From: an uncultured Desulfobacter sp.
GTDB lineage: Bacteria; Desulfobacterota; Desulfobacteria; Desulfobacterales; Desulfobacteraceae
Length of the DNA: 64,000 nucleotides
Direction of reading: 5' to 3'
Assembly: GCA_963665095.1 (NCBI GenBank)
Contig: OY762069.1
Span: 1,024,001-1,088,000, forward strand
The position numbers and the translations under genes were made by a program. Every line of letters begins with the position of its first letter. The first letter of the stretch is position 1. This document shows, one piece after another, positions 1-9,416 of this stretch. The notes below the pieces were generated by a model. That model searched no databases. It had not been told where the DNA came from and saw nothing but the letters and a program-made list of their open reading frames with translations.

Positions 1-1098
1 AAGCCCCTTTATCGCAACACCCGGGCCAAGATCAGGGGTGTTGATGCTGACAATCCGGTCTTCCTGCCAGGTGATTGCCATGTCTGTGGCGCAGGTCAGC
101 ACCCGGCCGATATCCTCTTTATTTTCAGTCAATACCCTGCTTTTTTCACCGGAACTGACTTTTCGTAACGTATCCCCAACAAAGGCATAGGTAAATTGGG
201 GATTTTGCTGACGGATCAGACTGGCTGCGCCTAAAAACGATTTGGAAAATTGTCCGGTATCCGGATGACAGGGCAGGGCAAACATCCAGGGGTGATTGAA
301 AAAAACAAATGGACCGATATCCTGATGGGACAGGGGCAGACAGGCTCCGGCCCTAAGGGAGTCCCTCGCGCCGAGGCCGCAGGGGATCAGATTATAGGGA
401 TTTCCAGCTTTAAGCAGATCACACCACAACTGTTCCACAGCATCCGGGGAAACAAATAGTTCAAATCCAAATTCGCCTGTGTATCCGGTTCTTGAGACAA
501 TAACAGGGGTGCCGTCCATCAACGTCACCTGCCCGGGTGCGTCCGGGTCAGGATCTCCTTTAAAAGAAAAATAGGGCATTTCGTGAAAAACAGAGTCGTT
601 GTCCTTTATCAGGTCGGCCACAATCCGCAATGCATTTTTACCCTGGACATCCACCTTGGCAAGCCTGCCTGACAGATCTGTAACTTCCACATGTTTGCCA
701 TCGCCATGGTCACAAAGGTGCCGGGTAATACGTTCGCCCATGCCGGCATTGACACAGACCATAAAACGGTTGTCAGAAAACTTGTACACAATGGCATCAT
801 CAATACAAAGACCTTCGGCAGTTAAAAAAGCCCCGTAAACACAGCGCCCAGGGGAAAGCTCACTGATATCCCTTGTGAGAAGAAAATCAAGAAGTGCCGC
901 ACTGTCAATACCATGAACCCGGATACAGTCCATATGTGACGTATCAAAAATCCCGGCAGACTGAAGCACGGCAAGGTGTTCGTTTTTAACACCTGAATCA
1001 TACCACAGCGGCATGTCAAATCCCCCGAAATCAGCCATATTGGCGCCTGTTTTTCTGTGCCAGCTGTTTAATGGTGTTTTTTTAAGATTGTCGGTCAT
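1..1098 (-). CDS. gcvT: Glycine cleavage system aminomethyltransferase T (partial, 3' end runs off window start)
   Basis: Not in the ORF track. Manual translation from ATG at 1098 gives MTDNLKKTPLNSWHRKTGANMADFGGFDMPLWYDSGVKNEHLAVLQSAGIFDTSHM, the typical GcvT N-terminus (LKxTPL..H...GA.M..FGG..MP..Y....EH.AV...AG.FD.SHM). Divergent from lpdA. Confidence 0.88.
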   Translation of the reverse strand, partial: MTDNLKKTPLNSWHRKTGANMADFGGFDMPLWYDSGVKNEHLAVLQSAGIFDTSHMDCIRVHGIDSAALLDFLLTRDISELSPGRCVYGAFLTAEGLCIDDAIVYKFSDNRFMVCVNAGMGERITRHLCDHGDGKHVEVTDLSGRLAKVDVQGKNALRIVADLIKDNDSVFHEMPYFSFKGDPDPDAPGQVTLMDGTPVIVSRTGYTGEFGFELFVSPDAVEQLWCDLLKAGNPYNLIPCGLGARDSLRAGACLPLSHQDIGPFVFFNHPWMFALPCHPDTGQFSKSFLGAASLIRQQNPQFTYAFVGDTLRKVSSGEKSRVLTENKEDIGRVLTCATDMAITWQEDRIVSINTPDLGPGVAIKGL

Positions 1099-1115
1099 GG
1101 CATGGTTCCCTCTCA

Positions 1116-1559
1116 TTAATAAATATATGGCACTTTAAGGTTGTAGGACTTATACACCACAAAGGTTTCAACAGAGGCGATTCCCTCCACCTGAGAAATT
1201 TCATCAGTATAAAACTCAAGCAGACCAAACTCTTTTTTAAACAGCACCAGCACCATAAGATCGTATCGTCCGGTTACAACGGAAACGGAAATAACGCCTT
1301 TAAGCCGGCTGATCTCTTCGCCTTTATCCACCAGATTCATCGCCGACAGTTTGATGCCAACAATAACGGTTTTATGCCCCGGCAGCATGGCTGGGTCCAC
1401 CAGGCCGCAGATGTCGAATATTCCTTCTTCCTGCAGCTTGATAACCCTTGTACGCACCGTGTTTTCCGTTATTCCCAGTTTATCCGCTATTCTTTTGAAG
1501 GATTTTTTACCCTCTTTAAGTTCTCTGATAATATTAATATTGGTGTCGTCAATTTTCAT
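1116..1559 (-). CDS. Lrp/AsnC family transcriptional regulator
   Basis: 147 aa; N-terminal HTH (IDDTNINIIREL...SFKRIADKLGITENTVRTRV) and C-terminal RAM-like domain (VTGRYDL). Confidence 0.92.
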   Translation of the reverse strand: MKIDDTNINIIRELKEGKKSFKRIADKLGITENTVRTRVIKLQEEGIFDICGLVDPAMLPGHKTVIVGIKLSAMNLVDKGEEISRLKGVISVSVVTGRYDLMVLVLFKKEFGLLEFYTDEISQVEGIASVETFVVYKSYNLKVPYIY

Positions 1560-1766
1560 TTTATCACTTTTTTAAACAAATATTTTTGGAAATAATCAAT
1601 TATTGGAATTCTTTATTCTTCATCAATACCGTACCCCCTGGGATGTGTCAAATATAATTTATGGTTTTTTGATGATATTCAAAAATATCTTGGATAAAAT
1701 TATAGGAATTATATATATTTCATTTCAATTTTAATGAAATTAATCTCTTTATAAGTGAGGAATGCC

Positions 1767-3209
1767 ATGAAAAACAGAATCTGTATCATTGGTGGCGGAC
1801 CAGGCGGATATACAGCAGCTCTCAGGGCAGCAGGCTTAGGTGCACAGGTCACCCTGATTGAAAAGGCGCATCTTGGAGGCACCTGCCTGAATTACGGCTG
1901 TATTCCATCTAAAATCATGAAACATTCTGCCGATTGTCTGCTTAACTGCCTTAAGGCCGGCAGTATGGGGCTGCAGATCGCAGGATCCATTGCACCTGAC
2001 ATGACGGCCATTATGCAACGAAAAGAAAAAATTGTTGGGACCCAGAGAAAGGGGATTGCCGGATTGCTGCAAAAAGCGGGAGTCCAGACGCTTTCAGGCC
2101 GGGCAAAAATTGCGGGTAAGACAATAATTGACGTGGTAACCAAGGATGGGGAGTCCTTGACTATCGATTATGACAAACTCATCATTGCCACGGGAACGGT
2201 TCCCTTAGATATCCCGAATTTCCCCTTTGATCATGAACAGATCCTCTCCTCAAATGATATTTTGTCCCTGGAAACTATCCCCGGTGCCTTGACCATTGTG
2301 GGTGGAGGTGTTATCGGGTGTGAATTTGCATGTATATTCAATGCCCTTGGCAGTCAGGTAACCATTGTGGAAGCCATGGACAGGATTCTGCCTCTGCCTT
2401 CGGTGGATGCCAATTGTTCAAGGCTGCTGCTGCGTGAGATGAAAAAACGTAAAATCAAAGTATTGTGCAATACAGTGGTGACCCGGGCTGAAAAATCAGA
2501 ATCAGGTCTTGATATCACTCTTGATGTCAGTCCCTTTTGTTCCAATGAAAACAAACAGCCTAAAATCCACAGCATCTCTTCCCAGATAATGGCGGTGTGT
2601 ATCGGCAGGCGTCCGGCAGCAGAGGACCTTGGCATTGAAAATATCGGATTGGCAGCGGATAAAGGCGGATGGATTCCCGTCAATGAATATATGGAAACCG
2701 GTGTTGACAATGTTTACGCCATCGGCGATATATTAGGCCCGGATCATGTGATGCTGGCCCATGTGGCATCACATGAAGGGCTTGTGGCAGGGAGCAATGC
2801 CGCAGGACAACCCGGGGAGCCCAGAGTGGCCATGTCCTATGATGCTGTGCCCGGTGCCATTTTTACAATGCCTGAAGTGGGTACGGTGGGGCTGACTGAA
2901 GATCAGGCAAAGGACATCGGAATTATGGTGGAAACTGCCACCGTCAATTTCAGAGTTCTGGGTAAAGCCCACGCCATTGACGAGATTGCCGGTGAGACCA
3001 AGATGATCATAGAAAAAGTTTCCGGAAAAATTTTAGGCGTTCACATGGTAGGGCCCCATGCCACTGACCTGATCGCCGAAGCGGTACTGGCAGTAAAGAA
3101 AGGGCTAACAGCCCGGGATCTGGCTGAAACCATCCATGCCCATCCCACCCTGGCGGAAATCATGGGAGAAACGGCCTTAAAAGTGAGCGGTACCCCCCTG
3201 CATGGGTGA
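1767..3209 (+). CDS. lpdA: Dihydrolipoamide dehydrogenase
   Basis: GGGPGG FAD motif, redox CLNYGC, second Rossmann GGGVIG, C-terminal HAHPTLAE. Start placed at ATG 1767 after gagg. Confidence 0.95.
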   Translation: MKNRICIIGGGPGGYTAALRAAGLGAQVTLIEKAHLGGTCLNYGCIPSKIMKHSADCLLNCLKAGSMGLQIAGSIAPDMTAIMQRKEKIVGTQRKGIAGLLQKAGVQTLSGRAKIAGKTIIDVVTKDGESLTIDYDKLIIATGTVPLDIPNFPFDHEQILSSNDILSLETIPGALTIVGGGVIGCEFACIFNALGSQVTIVEAMDRILPLPSVDANCSRLLLREMKKRKIKVLCNTVVTRAEKSESGLDITLDVSPFCSNENKQPKIHSISSQIMAVCIGRRPAAEDLGIENIGLAADKGGWIPVNEYMETGVDNVYAIGDILGPDHVMLAHVASHEGLVAGSNAAGQPGEPRVAMSYDAVPGAIFTMPEVGTVGLTEDQAKDIGIMVETATVNFRVLGKAHAIDEIAGETKMIIEKVSGKILGVHMVGPHATDLIAEAVLAVKKGLTARDLAETIHAHPTLAEIMGETALKVSGTPLHG

Positions 3210-3324
3210 GTTTATTAAAAAAATAGGGTGTTACGGTTGTGTCACCAGCGAAACCTAATATCAAGCTGGTTAGCGATAGAACTTTTTAATTTTTTTCAAT
3301 TTTAAAACAGGAAGATAAATAAAG

Positions 3325-4530
3325 ATGGAAAACCAATGGCATTTTGATCAGGTCATTGACAGATCAAACAGTGGTTCGGAAAAATGGGAGCCCTGTGTGC
3401 TTGAACAAAAATTCGGCAAAGGCCGTGGCAACCTTTTACCCTTATGGGTGGCTGATATGGATTTTCTTTGTCCGGATGTGATTGTCAGTGCCATGGAACA
3501 GCGCCTGTCCCACAGGGTATTTGGCTACAGCCTGAATGACACCCGGCACAATGCCGCCCTGATCAACTGGTTTGAACGCAGGCATACCTGGCAGATCCAG
3601 GAGGAGACAATTGCCCACACACCAGGCATTGTGCCTGCCGTGCACTATATGATTCAGTGTTTCACCAAACCCGGTGACGGGGTGCTGATCCAGCCGCCGG
3701 TTTATTATCCCTTTGCCCAGGCCATTAAAACCAACGGCAGACAGGTGGTTGAAAATCCTTTGATACTGTCAAAGGGCCGGTATGACATGGATTTTCAAGA
3801 CCTTGCGGCCAAGGTGAAGGACTCCAGGGTGAAACTGGCTATCCTGTGTTCGCCGCATAACCCGGTGGGAAGGGTCTGGACCCGTGGTGAGCTTGAAGAG
3901 TTTGGCAGGATTTGTATTGATAATGACGTGCTAATCTTTGCTGACGAAATACATTGCGATTTAGTTATGCCCGGATTTAAACATACCAGTTTTCAAAGCA
4001 TTTCATCACATCTGGCCCAAGGCTCCATTGCTGCCAATGCCGCATCAAAAACATTTAATCTGGCGGGACTTGGCTTTTCAAATCTGATTATTCCCAACGA
4101 GAAGCAGCGCAAGGAGATGGGCCGTTTTTTTAACGGTATGGGAATGGATTCCCGGGGTACGGCCAATCTTTTTGGAGCCATTGCAGCCCGGGCCGCCTAT
4201 GAAGGAGCGGAGCCCTGGTTGAATGATCTGATCACCTATCTGCATGCCAACTATCTATATCTGAAAGAGACCATTGAAAAAGAACTACCAAACGTTCATG
4301 TGTTTAATCTTGAAGCCACCTATCTGCCATGGATTGATCTGAATCCTATGGGGCTTTCGCCCCAAGAAATCATCAGGGTAATTGAGGAAAAAGCCGGGAT
4401 TGCCCTGGATCACGGCGACTGGTTCGGCAAAAGCGGGGCAGGATTTGAACGGATCAACATTGCCTGTCCAAGACAGAACCTGTCTAAAGCGGTAACAGCA
4501 CTGACAGATGCGTTCAAACCCTTTCTTTAA
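3325..4530 (+). CDS. MalY/PatB family PLP-dependent C-S lyase (cystathionine beta-lyase-like)
   Basis: LPLWVADMDF, CSPHNPVGRVW, ADEIHCD, SKTFNLAG (PLP lysine), RINIACP. Confidence 0.92.
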   Translation: MENQWHFDQVIDRSNSGSEKWEPCVLEQKFGKGRGNLLPLWVADMDFLCPDVIVSAMEQRLSHRVFGYSLNDTRHNAALINWFERRHTWQIQEETIAHTPGIVPAVHYMIQCFTKPGDGVLIQPPVYYPFAQAIKTNGRQVVENPLILSKGRYDMDFQDLAAKVKDSRVKLAILCSPHNPVGRVWTRGELEEFGRICIDNDVLIFADEIHCDLVMPGFKHTSFQSISSHLAQGSIAANAASKTFNLAGLGFSNLIIPNEKQRKEMGRFFNGMGMDSRGTANLFGAIAARAAYEGAEPWLNDLITYLHANYLYLKETIEKELPNVHVFNLEATYLPWIDLNPMGLSPQEIIRVIEEKAGIALDHGDWFGKSGAGFERINIACPRQNLSKAVTALTDAFKPFL

Positions 4531-4540
4531 AAGAGGAATT

Positions 4541-5662
4541 CTAACTGATGGGCGGATTTACGTCAAATTCGCTCATTTTATATAAAAGTGTTTTATAGGA
4601 TACCTTTAAAATTTTAGCGGCTCTTGAGCGGTTCCATCCGACCTTTTCCAGCACAAATGTGATGACCTCTTTTTCAACTTTATCGGATGCCAGTTTTTTT
4701 ATCTTTTTCAGCGAAATATCTTCAAACAGCTTATCTGAACTTGTGGAGAGGTCAACGAATTCTGAAATGATTCGCAACCGTTCATTATTGGTTTCATTGT
4801 GATAGGGATGCGGTACCGGGGCAATCGCCGGGGGAATGCCTGGCTGCTGAGGCATGCCATTGAAGGCACCCATCTGATTTTCAGAAGGAATCGCCGCGCT
4901 CCTGGATGATTCCTTGGGTAATTCCTCAAAGATCTTACTCCAGGAATTAATCACCATCTGTTTTTTTATACAGTTCTGCAGCTGGCGCACATTGCCTGGC
5001 CAAGGATAATTGCACAGCCGTGTCAGGGCATCGGAGTCCGGCTTGCTGGCATCAGCCTCCGGGTATTCAGCGCTGTATTTTTTAAAATAATACTCAATCA
5101 GGGCGGGAATATCTTCGGACCGTTCGCGAAGGGGAGGAATATCTATTTTTATGATATTGAGCCTGTAGAAAAGGTCTTCTCTGAACTCTTTATTTTTTAT
5201 GCGCTCTTCAAGGTTGTGATTGGTGGCGGCGATGACCCACACGTCAGTTTTAAAATCCTGGTCAGACCCAAGTGGTGAAAATTCCCCGCTTTGCAGCACG
5301 TGGAGCATTTTGGATTGGAGCGGAAGGGGCATATCACCAATTTCGTCTAAAAAAAGCACCCCTTTATCCGCAGTTAAAAATTTACCCTGACGTTTTTTAT
5401 GAGCCCCTGTAAATGCCCCTTTTTCATAACCGTAAAGTTCAGATTCCAGCAGGGTTTCAGGCAGAGCAGCGCAATTTATTTTTACAAAATTTTTATCAGA
5501 ACGGGGAGATTCCGAATACAGGCTTTGGGCAACAACCTCCTTCCCAACACCGGTCTCTCCTGTAATCAAAACATTAAGACAGGTTTTGGCAACGTGATTG
5601 ATTAACTCCTTTATTTTGAGCATTGAAGGACTGACGCCTATCATCGGGGTAGCTGAATTCAT
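4541..5662 (-). CDS. Sigma54-dependent enhancer-binding protein (AAA+ plus Fis-type HTH, no N-terminal sensor domain)
   Basis: GETGVGKE Walker A, GAFTGA loop, FLDEIGD Walker B, WPGNVRQL, C-terminal NRSRAAKILKVSYKTL HTH. The AAA+ domain begins about 7 residues after the start. Confidence 0.93.
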   Translation of the reverse strand: MNSATPMIGVSPSMLKIKELINHVAKTCLNVLITGETGVGKEVVAQSLYSESPRSDKNFVKINCAALPETLLESELYGYEKGAFTGAHKKRQGKFLTADKGVLFLDEIGDMPLPLQSKMLHVLQSGEFSPLGSDQDFKTDVWVIAATNHNLEERIKNKEFREDLFYRLNIIKIDIPPLRERSEDIPALIEYYFKKYSAEYPEADASKPDSDALTRLCNYPWPGNVRQLQNCIKKQMVINSWSKIFEELPKESSRSAAIPSENQMGAFNGMPQQPGIPPAIAPVPHPYHNETNNERLRIISEFVDLSTSSDKLFEDISLKKIKKLASDKVEKEVITFVLEKVGWNRSRAAKILKVSYKTLLYKMSEFDVNPPIS

Positions 5663-5674
5663 AACTTAAATTTT

Positions 5675-6055
5675 CTATTCCTTTTGCAGACCAAGAAGTT
5701 CATTAACTTTCTGTTCAATTGTAAACAAGTCAACAGGTTTAAAAAGAACAAGATCGGCCTTGGCTTCAGAAGCAAGCGCACCCGGTTGGTCACCATACCC
5801 TGTCATAGCAATGGTTTTGAGATCCGGAAATTCGTTTTTTACAATTGATATCAACCCGACACCACTGATGTTAGGCATGACAAGATCTGTAATAAGACAA
5901 TTAAAAAAGGTAGGTTTATCACGCAGTATTTTTAACGCAGCAAATCCATCTACTGCCGTTTTTACCTCATACCCCAGGGAATTGAAAAACTCATAGAAAG
6001 TGGACAGGATGTCTTCGTTATCATCCACGATCAGAAGTCGAACTGGATCTGCCAT
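5675..6055 (-). CDS. Single-domain response regulator (receiver only)
   Basis: LLIVDD, LITDLVMP (phosphoacceptor Asp), AMTG and FKP motifs; 126 aa. Confidence 0.92.
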   Translation of the reverse strand: MADPVRLLIVDDNEDILSTFYEFFNSLGYEVKTAVDGFAALKILRDKPTFFNCLITDLVMPNISGVGLISIVKNEFPDLKTIAMTGYGDQPGALASEAKADLVLFKPVDLFTIEQKVNELLGLQKE

Positions 6056-6480
6056 GTCAGCCTCTTATCAATGAAAATGGAAATCACTGTAGTCCATATA
6101 TCAATTATCTCAATACATGCAAGGAAAAAATTTACATTATGAAAAAAATGTCCTAGTGTAGGAGACTGACATCTAAATAAATTAGACGATTTACCCTTGT
6201 CAAGCACCTGTTAAGAAACTGGATACCTTTTTAAAACAGGCACCTATACACCTGATCAACACGCCTTTCACTAAACCAAAGGGTGCAAACTTAAAGCGTC
6301 ATCTATCTTGCCATAATTTTATATACGTATTATAAAGATCGTTCGCACATAGCTTGGCTGTGCAAAATACCCAAGTATCAAGATGACACCCTGGCAGAAA
6401 ACTGCACACAATTATGACAACTTCCTTCTGTCAGGCAGGCGTTAAAACAGACAAAAATTTTAGATAGACAAGGAAATCCA

Positions 6481-7494
6481 ATGAAGAGATCCATTATTAA
6501 GGGAACCGGTTTCTATGTTCCGCCGCATATTGTAACTAACGAAGATCTGACTAAAATCATGGACACCTCGGACGAATGGATCCGCCAGCGCACAGGTATT
6601 CGCGAACGTCGCTGGGTGACACAGGAGGACCTGCCCGGGACATCTGACCTTGGAACAAAAGCGGCCCGTATGGCAATGGATAAAGCCGGGTGGAAACCTG
6701 AAGATATTGACTTTATCATTTTTGCCACCTTGAGTCCGGATATCTTTTTTCCCGGAGGCGGATGCCTTCTGGCCAGGAACCTTGAACTTAATTCCACACC
6801 GGCGCTGGATATACGTCAGCAATGCACCGGTTTTTTATATGGCTTTGCCACGGCAGATGCCTATATCAGGGCCGGAATGGCATCAAAGGTACTTCTGGTT
6901 TGTGCGGAAGTGCACTCCACAGGACTTGACAAGTCCACCCGGGGACGTGATGTAACGGTAATCTTCGGGGATGGGGCAGCAGCCTTGTGTATTGAGGGCG
7001 TGGAAACCGATGAAAACGTCGGCCTGATTGCTTCGGCCCTGCATGCAGACGGTCATTTTGCCGAAGCGCTCATGACAGAACTGCCGGCCTCCAACCTTTT
7101 CAGACGCGTACCTGAGGATGCCACGCCTGATGACCCGAGATTTTATCCTGTGATGGACGGAGCAGCCATATTTAAAAAGGCGGTTCGAATGCTTCCGAAA
7201 GTTACCATGGAGGTGCTTGATAAAGCCGGTATGGAGTTGTCCGACATAGGTCTTGTGGTACCTCACCAGGCCAACAAACGGATAAACCAGGCATTTGGTC
7301 AGTTCCTCAAGGTGCCTGAAGACAAGGTGTTTCACAATATTGAAAAATACGGCAATACCACGGCAGCCAGTATTCCTTTAGCTCTTCACGAGGCCGTTGA
7401 TGCCGGACTGACAGGTAAACCCGGAGATGTTGTGCTGTTTGCCGCTTTCGGGGCAGGGCTCACCTGGGGCGCCTCCCTATATAAGTTCCCCTGA
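6481..7494 (+). CDS. fabH: Beta-ketoacyl-ACP synthase III
   Basis: DTSDEWIRQRTGIRERR, QCTGF (catalytic Cys), FGDGAAA, PHQAN, GNTTAASIP, FGAGLTWG. Confidence 0.93.
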   Translation: MKRSIIKGTGFYVPPHIVTNEDLTKIMDTSDEWIRQRTGIRERRWVTQEDLPGTSDLGTKAARMAMDKAGWKPEDIDFIIFATLSPDIFFPGGGCLLARNLELNSTPALDIRQQCTGFLYGFATADAYIRAGMASKVLLVCAEVHSTGLDKSTRGRDVTVIFGDGAAALCIEGVETDENVGLIASALHADGHFAEALMTELPASNLFRRVPEDATPDDPRFYPVMDGAAIFKKAVRMLPKVTMEVLDKAGMELSDIGLVVPHQANKRINQAFGQFLKVPEDKVFHNIEKYGNTTAASIPLALHEAVDAGLTGKPGDVVLFAAFGAGLTWGASLYKFP

Positions 7495-7504
7495 TTAAGG
7501 AACA

Positions 7505-7539
7505 CAGCCTCTTTATGACAGCCGGTCATAAGGAGGCTG
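7505..7539. terminator. Hairpin between convergent fabH and pgi (probable bidirectional terminator)
   Basis: cagcctctttatgac-agccg-gtcataaggaggctg inverted repeat between the two stop codons. Confidence 0.65.
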
Positions 7540-7549
7540 CATGACAGAA

Positions 7550-9184
7550 TCAGGTTTCTTTGTATAAAAGATCCAGATAGAAGTTGTCACTGGCAGTTGG
7601 GCAATTAAAGGTATGAGACGGGTCCTGATTTTTTGCTGCCATCTGTTCTCTGATATCCTTTGCCATCACCTTGCCCAGTTCCACCCCGTACTGGTCAAAG
7701 GGATTAACGCCCAGGATAAATCCTTCCAACACTGTTCTGGCTTCATAAAAAGAGAGAAGCATCCCTATGCTTTCCGGTTCAAGATTGTCAACGGTGATGA
7801 TTGTTGAAGGCCTGTTTCCGTCAAAATTTCTGGCCGGATCTGTGCCTGTTCGGCCAAAGGCCAATGCCCCTGCCTGGGCAAGCAGATTTGCCCACAGCTC
7901 CTGGTGGTTTGTGACCCCTTTGGACAGGGCTTGAACACCGGTATATCCTGGTTTGCGGACTCCGATGAAATCAATGGGAAACGCGTTGCCCTGGTGCGCC
8001 AGCTGGAAAAACGAGTGCTGGGCATTGGTGCCTGGTTCACCAAAGATAACCGTACCGGCGGGCTGGATCAAAGTTTTGCCCTGATTAGAAACGGATTTAC
8101 CAAGGCTTTCCATATACAGCTGCTGTACATGGGGACTGAGCCTGGAAAGCCGCGAGGCATAGGGGATGATGGCCTGGGCCGGATACCCCATGTAAACGGT
8201 ATTCCATATGGAGATCAGGGCGGCAGTCAGTGCGATGTTTTCTTCAGGCGCACTTGTCAGCACATGGGTGTCCATGGCCCGGCAACCGTCAAGAAAACGC
8301 AGGAACTTGTCAAAACCCAGGGCAAGACTTAAGGGCAGGCCTCCCACGGCTGAAGATACCGAATACCTGCCGCCGATAAAGTCAAACATGTGAAAGGAGT
8401 CCAGCACGGGGGTGTCAGGATCATCTCCCGGACTTCCTTTGGCTGTGATGGTGACCATGTGATCCAGCGGGGATATGCCCTGTTCAGTCAGCCAGGCACT
8501 GACCTGATTCAGGTTGGCCATGGTTTCAGTGGTGGTGTAGGATTTGGAAATAATGATCCATAAGGTGGTTTCCACATCAATGGTCTCTGTTATACGGGCA
8601 AAATTATCTATATCCACATTGGGCAGAAACAGAAGATCCATTCTCCTGCCCGGTCCGGTTAATGCCTGATAAACAAATTCGCACCCGAGATATGATCCCC
8701 CGATGCCCACCACCACTGCCTGGGTAAATGGTTTTCCCGAGACAGAACAAATTTTTCCGGAATGGACGTTGGCGCAGAATTTTTTTATTTTGTCATTCAC
8801 CTGCTGTACTTCCTGCCTGACATTCATCCCCTTGAATTCAAGGGCATCCGGCCCGGTACCACGGGTGGCTGTATGCAGGGCTGCCCGCTTCTCTGTGGGG
8901 TTGGCAATGCTGCCGCAGGTCATCTCTTTAAACAGGTGCAGGGCCTTTGACAACGCTGCAGACTCGTGCAGAAGACCAAAGATCTCCCTGTCCATGCGCT
9001 GACGGGAAAAATCCATGAAAAAACCGTTTATACCAAGGGAAAAATCTTCAAACCGGCCTGGACGGCCCAGAAGATTTTTCAAGTGATTTTCAGACGCTGC
9101 CATTTGGCGGGCAGCCTGTTCAAGTTTTGCATCAAGGGTTTGAATGGAAGGGTCATCCGGAACGAGCAAACCGGCTGGGATCAT
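7550..9184 (-). CDS. pgi: Glucose-6-phosphate isomerase
   Basis: NPTEKRAALH, GIGGSYLG, SKSYTTTET, GGRYSVSS, QQLYMESLGK, GTNAQHSFFQ, NPFDQYGVELGK. Confidence 0.95.
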   Translation of the reverse strand: MIPAGLLVPDDPSIQTLDAKLEQAARQMAASENHLKNLLGRPGRFEDFSLGINGFFMDFSRQRMDREIFGLLHESAALSKALHLFKEMTCGSIANPTEKRAALHTATRGTGPDALEFKGMNVRQEVQQVNDKIKKFCANVHSGKICSVSGKPFTQAVVVGIGGSYLGCEFVYQALTGPGRRMDLLFLPNVDIDNFARITETIDVETTLWIIISKSYTTTETMANLNQVSAWLTEQGISPLDHMVTITAKGSPGDDPDTPVLDSFHMFDFIGGRYSVSSAVGGLPLSLALGFDKFLRFLDGCRAMDTHVLTSAPEENIALTAALISIWNTVYMGYPAQAIIPYASRLSRLSPHVQQLYMESLGKSVSNQGKTLIQPAGTVIFGEPGTNAQHSFFQLAHQGNAFPIDFIGVRKPGYTGVQALSKGVTNHQELWANLLAQAGALAFGRTGTDPARNFDGNRPSTIITVDNLEPESIGMLLSFYEARTVLEGFILGVNPFDQYGVELGKVMAKDIREQMAAKNQDPSHTFNCPTASDNFYLDLLYKET

Positions 9185-9416
9185 TTTTGTTCTCCTTGCA
9201 ATTGATGTTGACAGTCTTGGTTTGATGAAATTTTTCTTTAAATCAGGCCTGGCTGGAATAATAGTCAGAAGGCCTCTGCTTGTTTGAAATATACATCAGT
9301 TATAAAACAAAATTTACGTATAATAAAGTATGGTTGCAAGTTTTTGAAAAAACACCAGGCATCCTAGTTTTAAAAAAACTTGACAAGAATTGATCAAGGC
9401 TTCTAATACTTGTTCC

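Noticed and set aside
5660..5677. Amber read-through fusing the receiver to the sigma54 activator
   Set aside because: A second in-frame stop (TAA) follows the TAG before the activator ATG.
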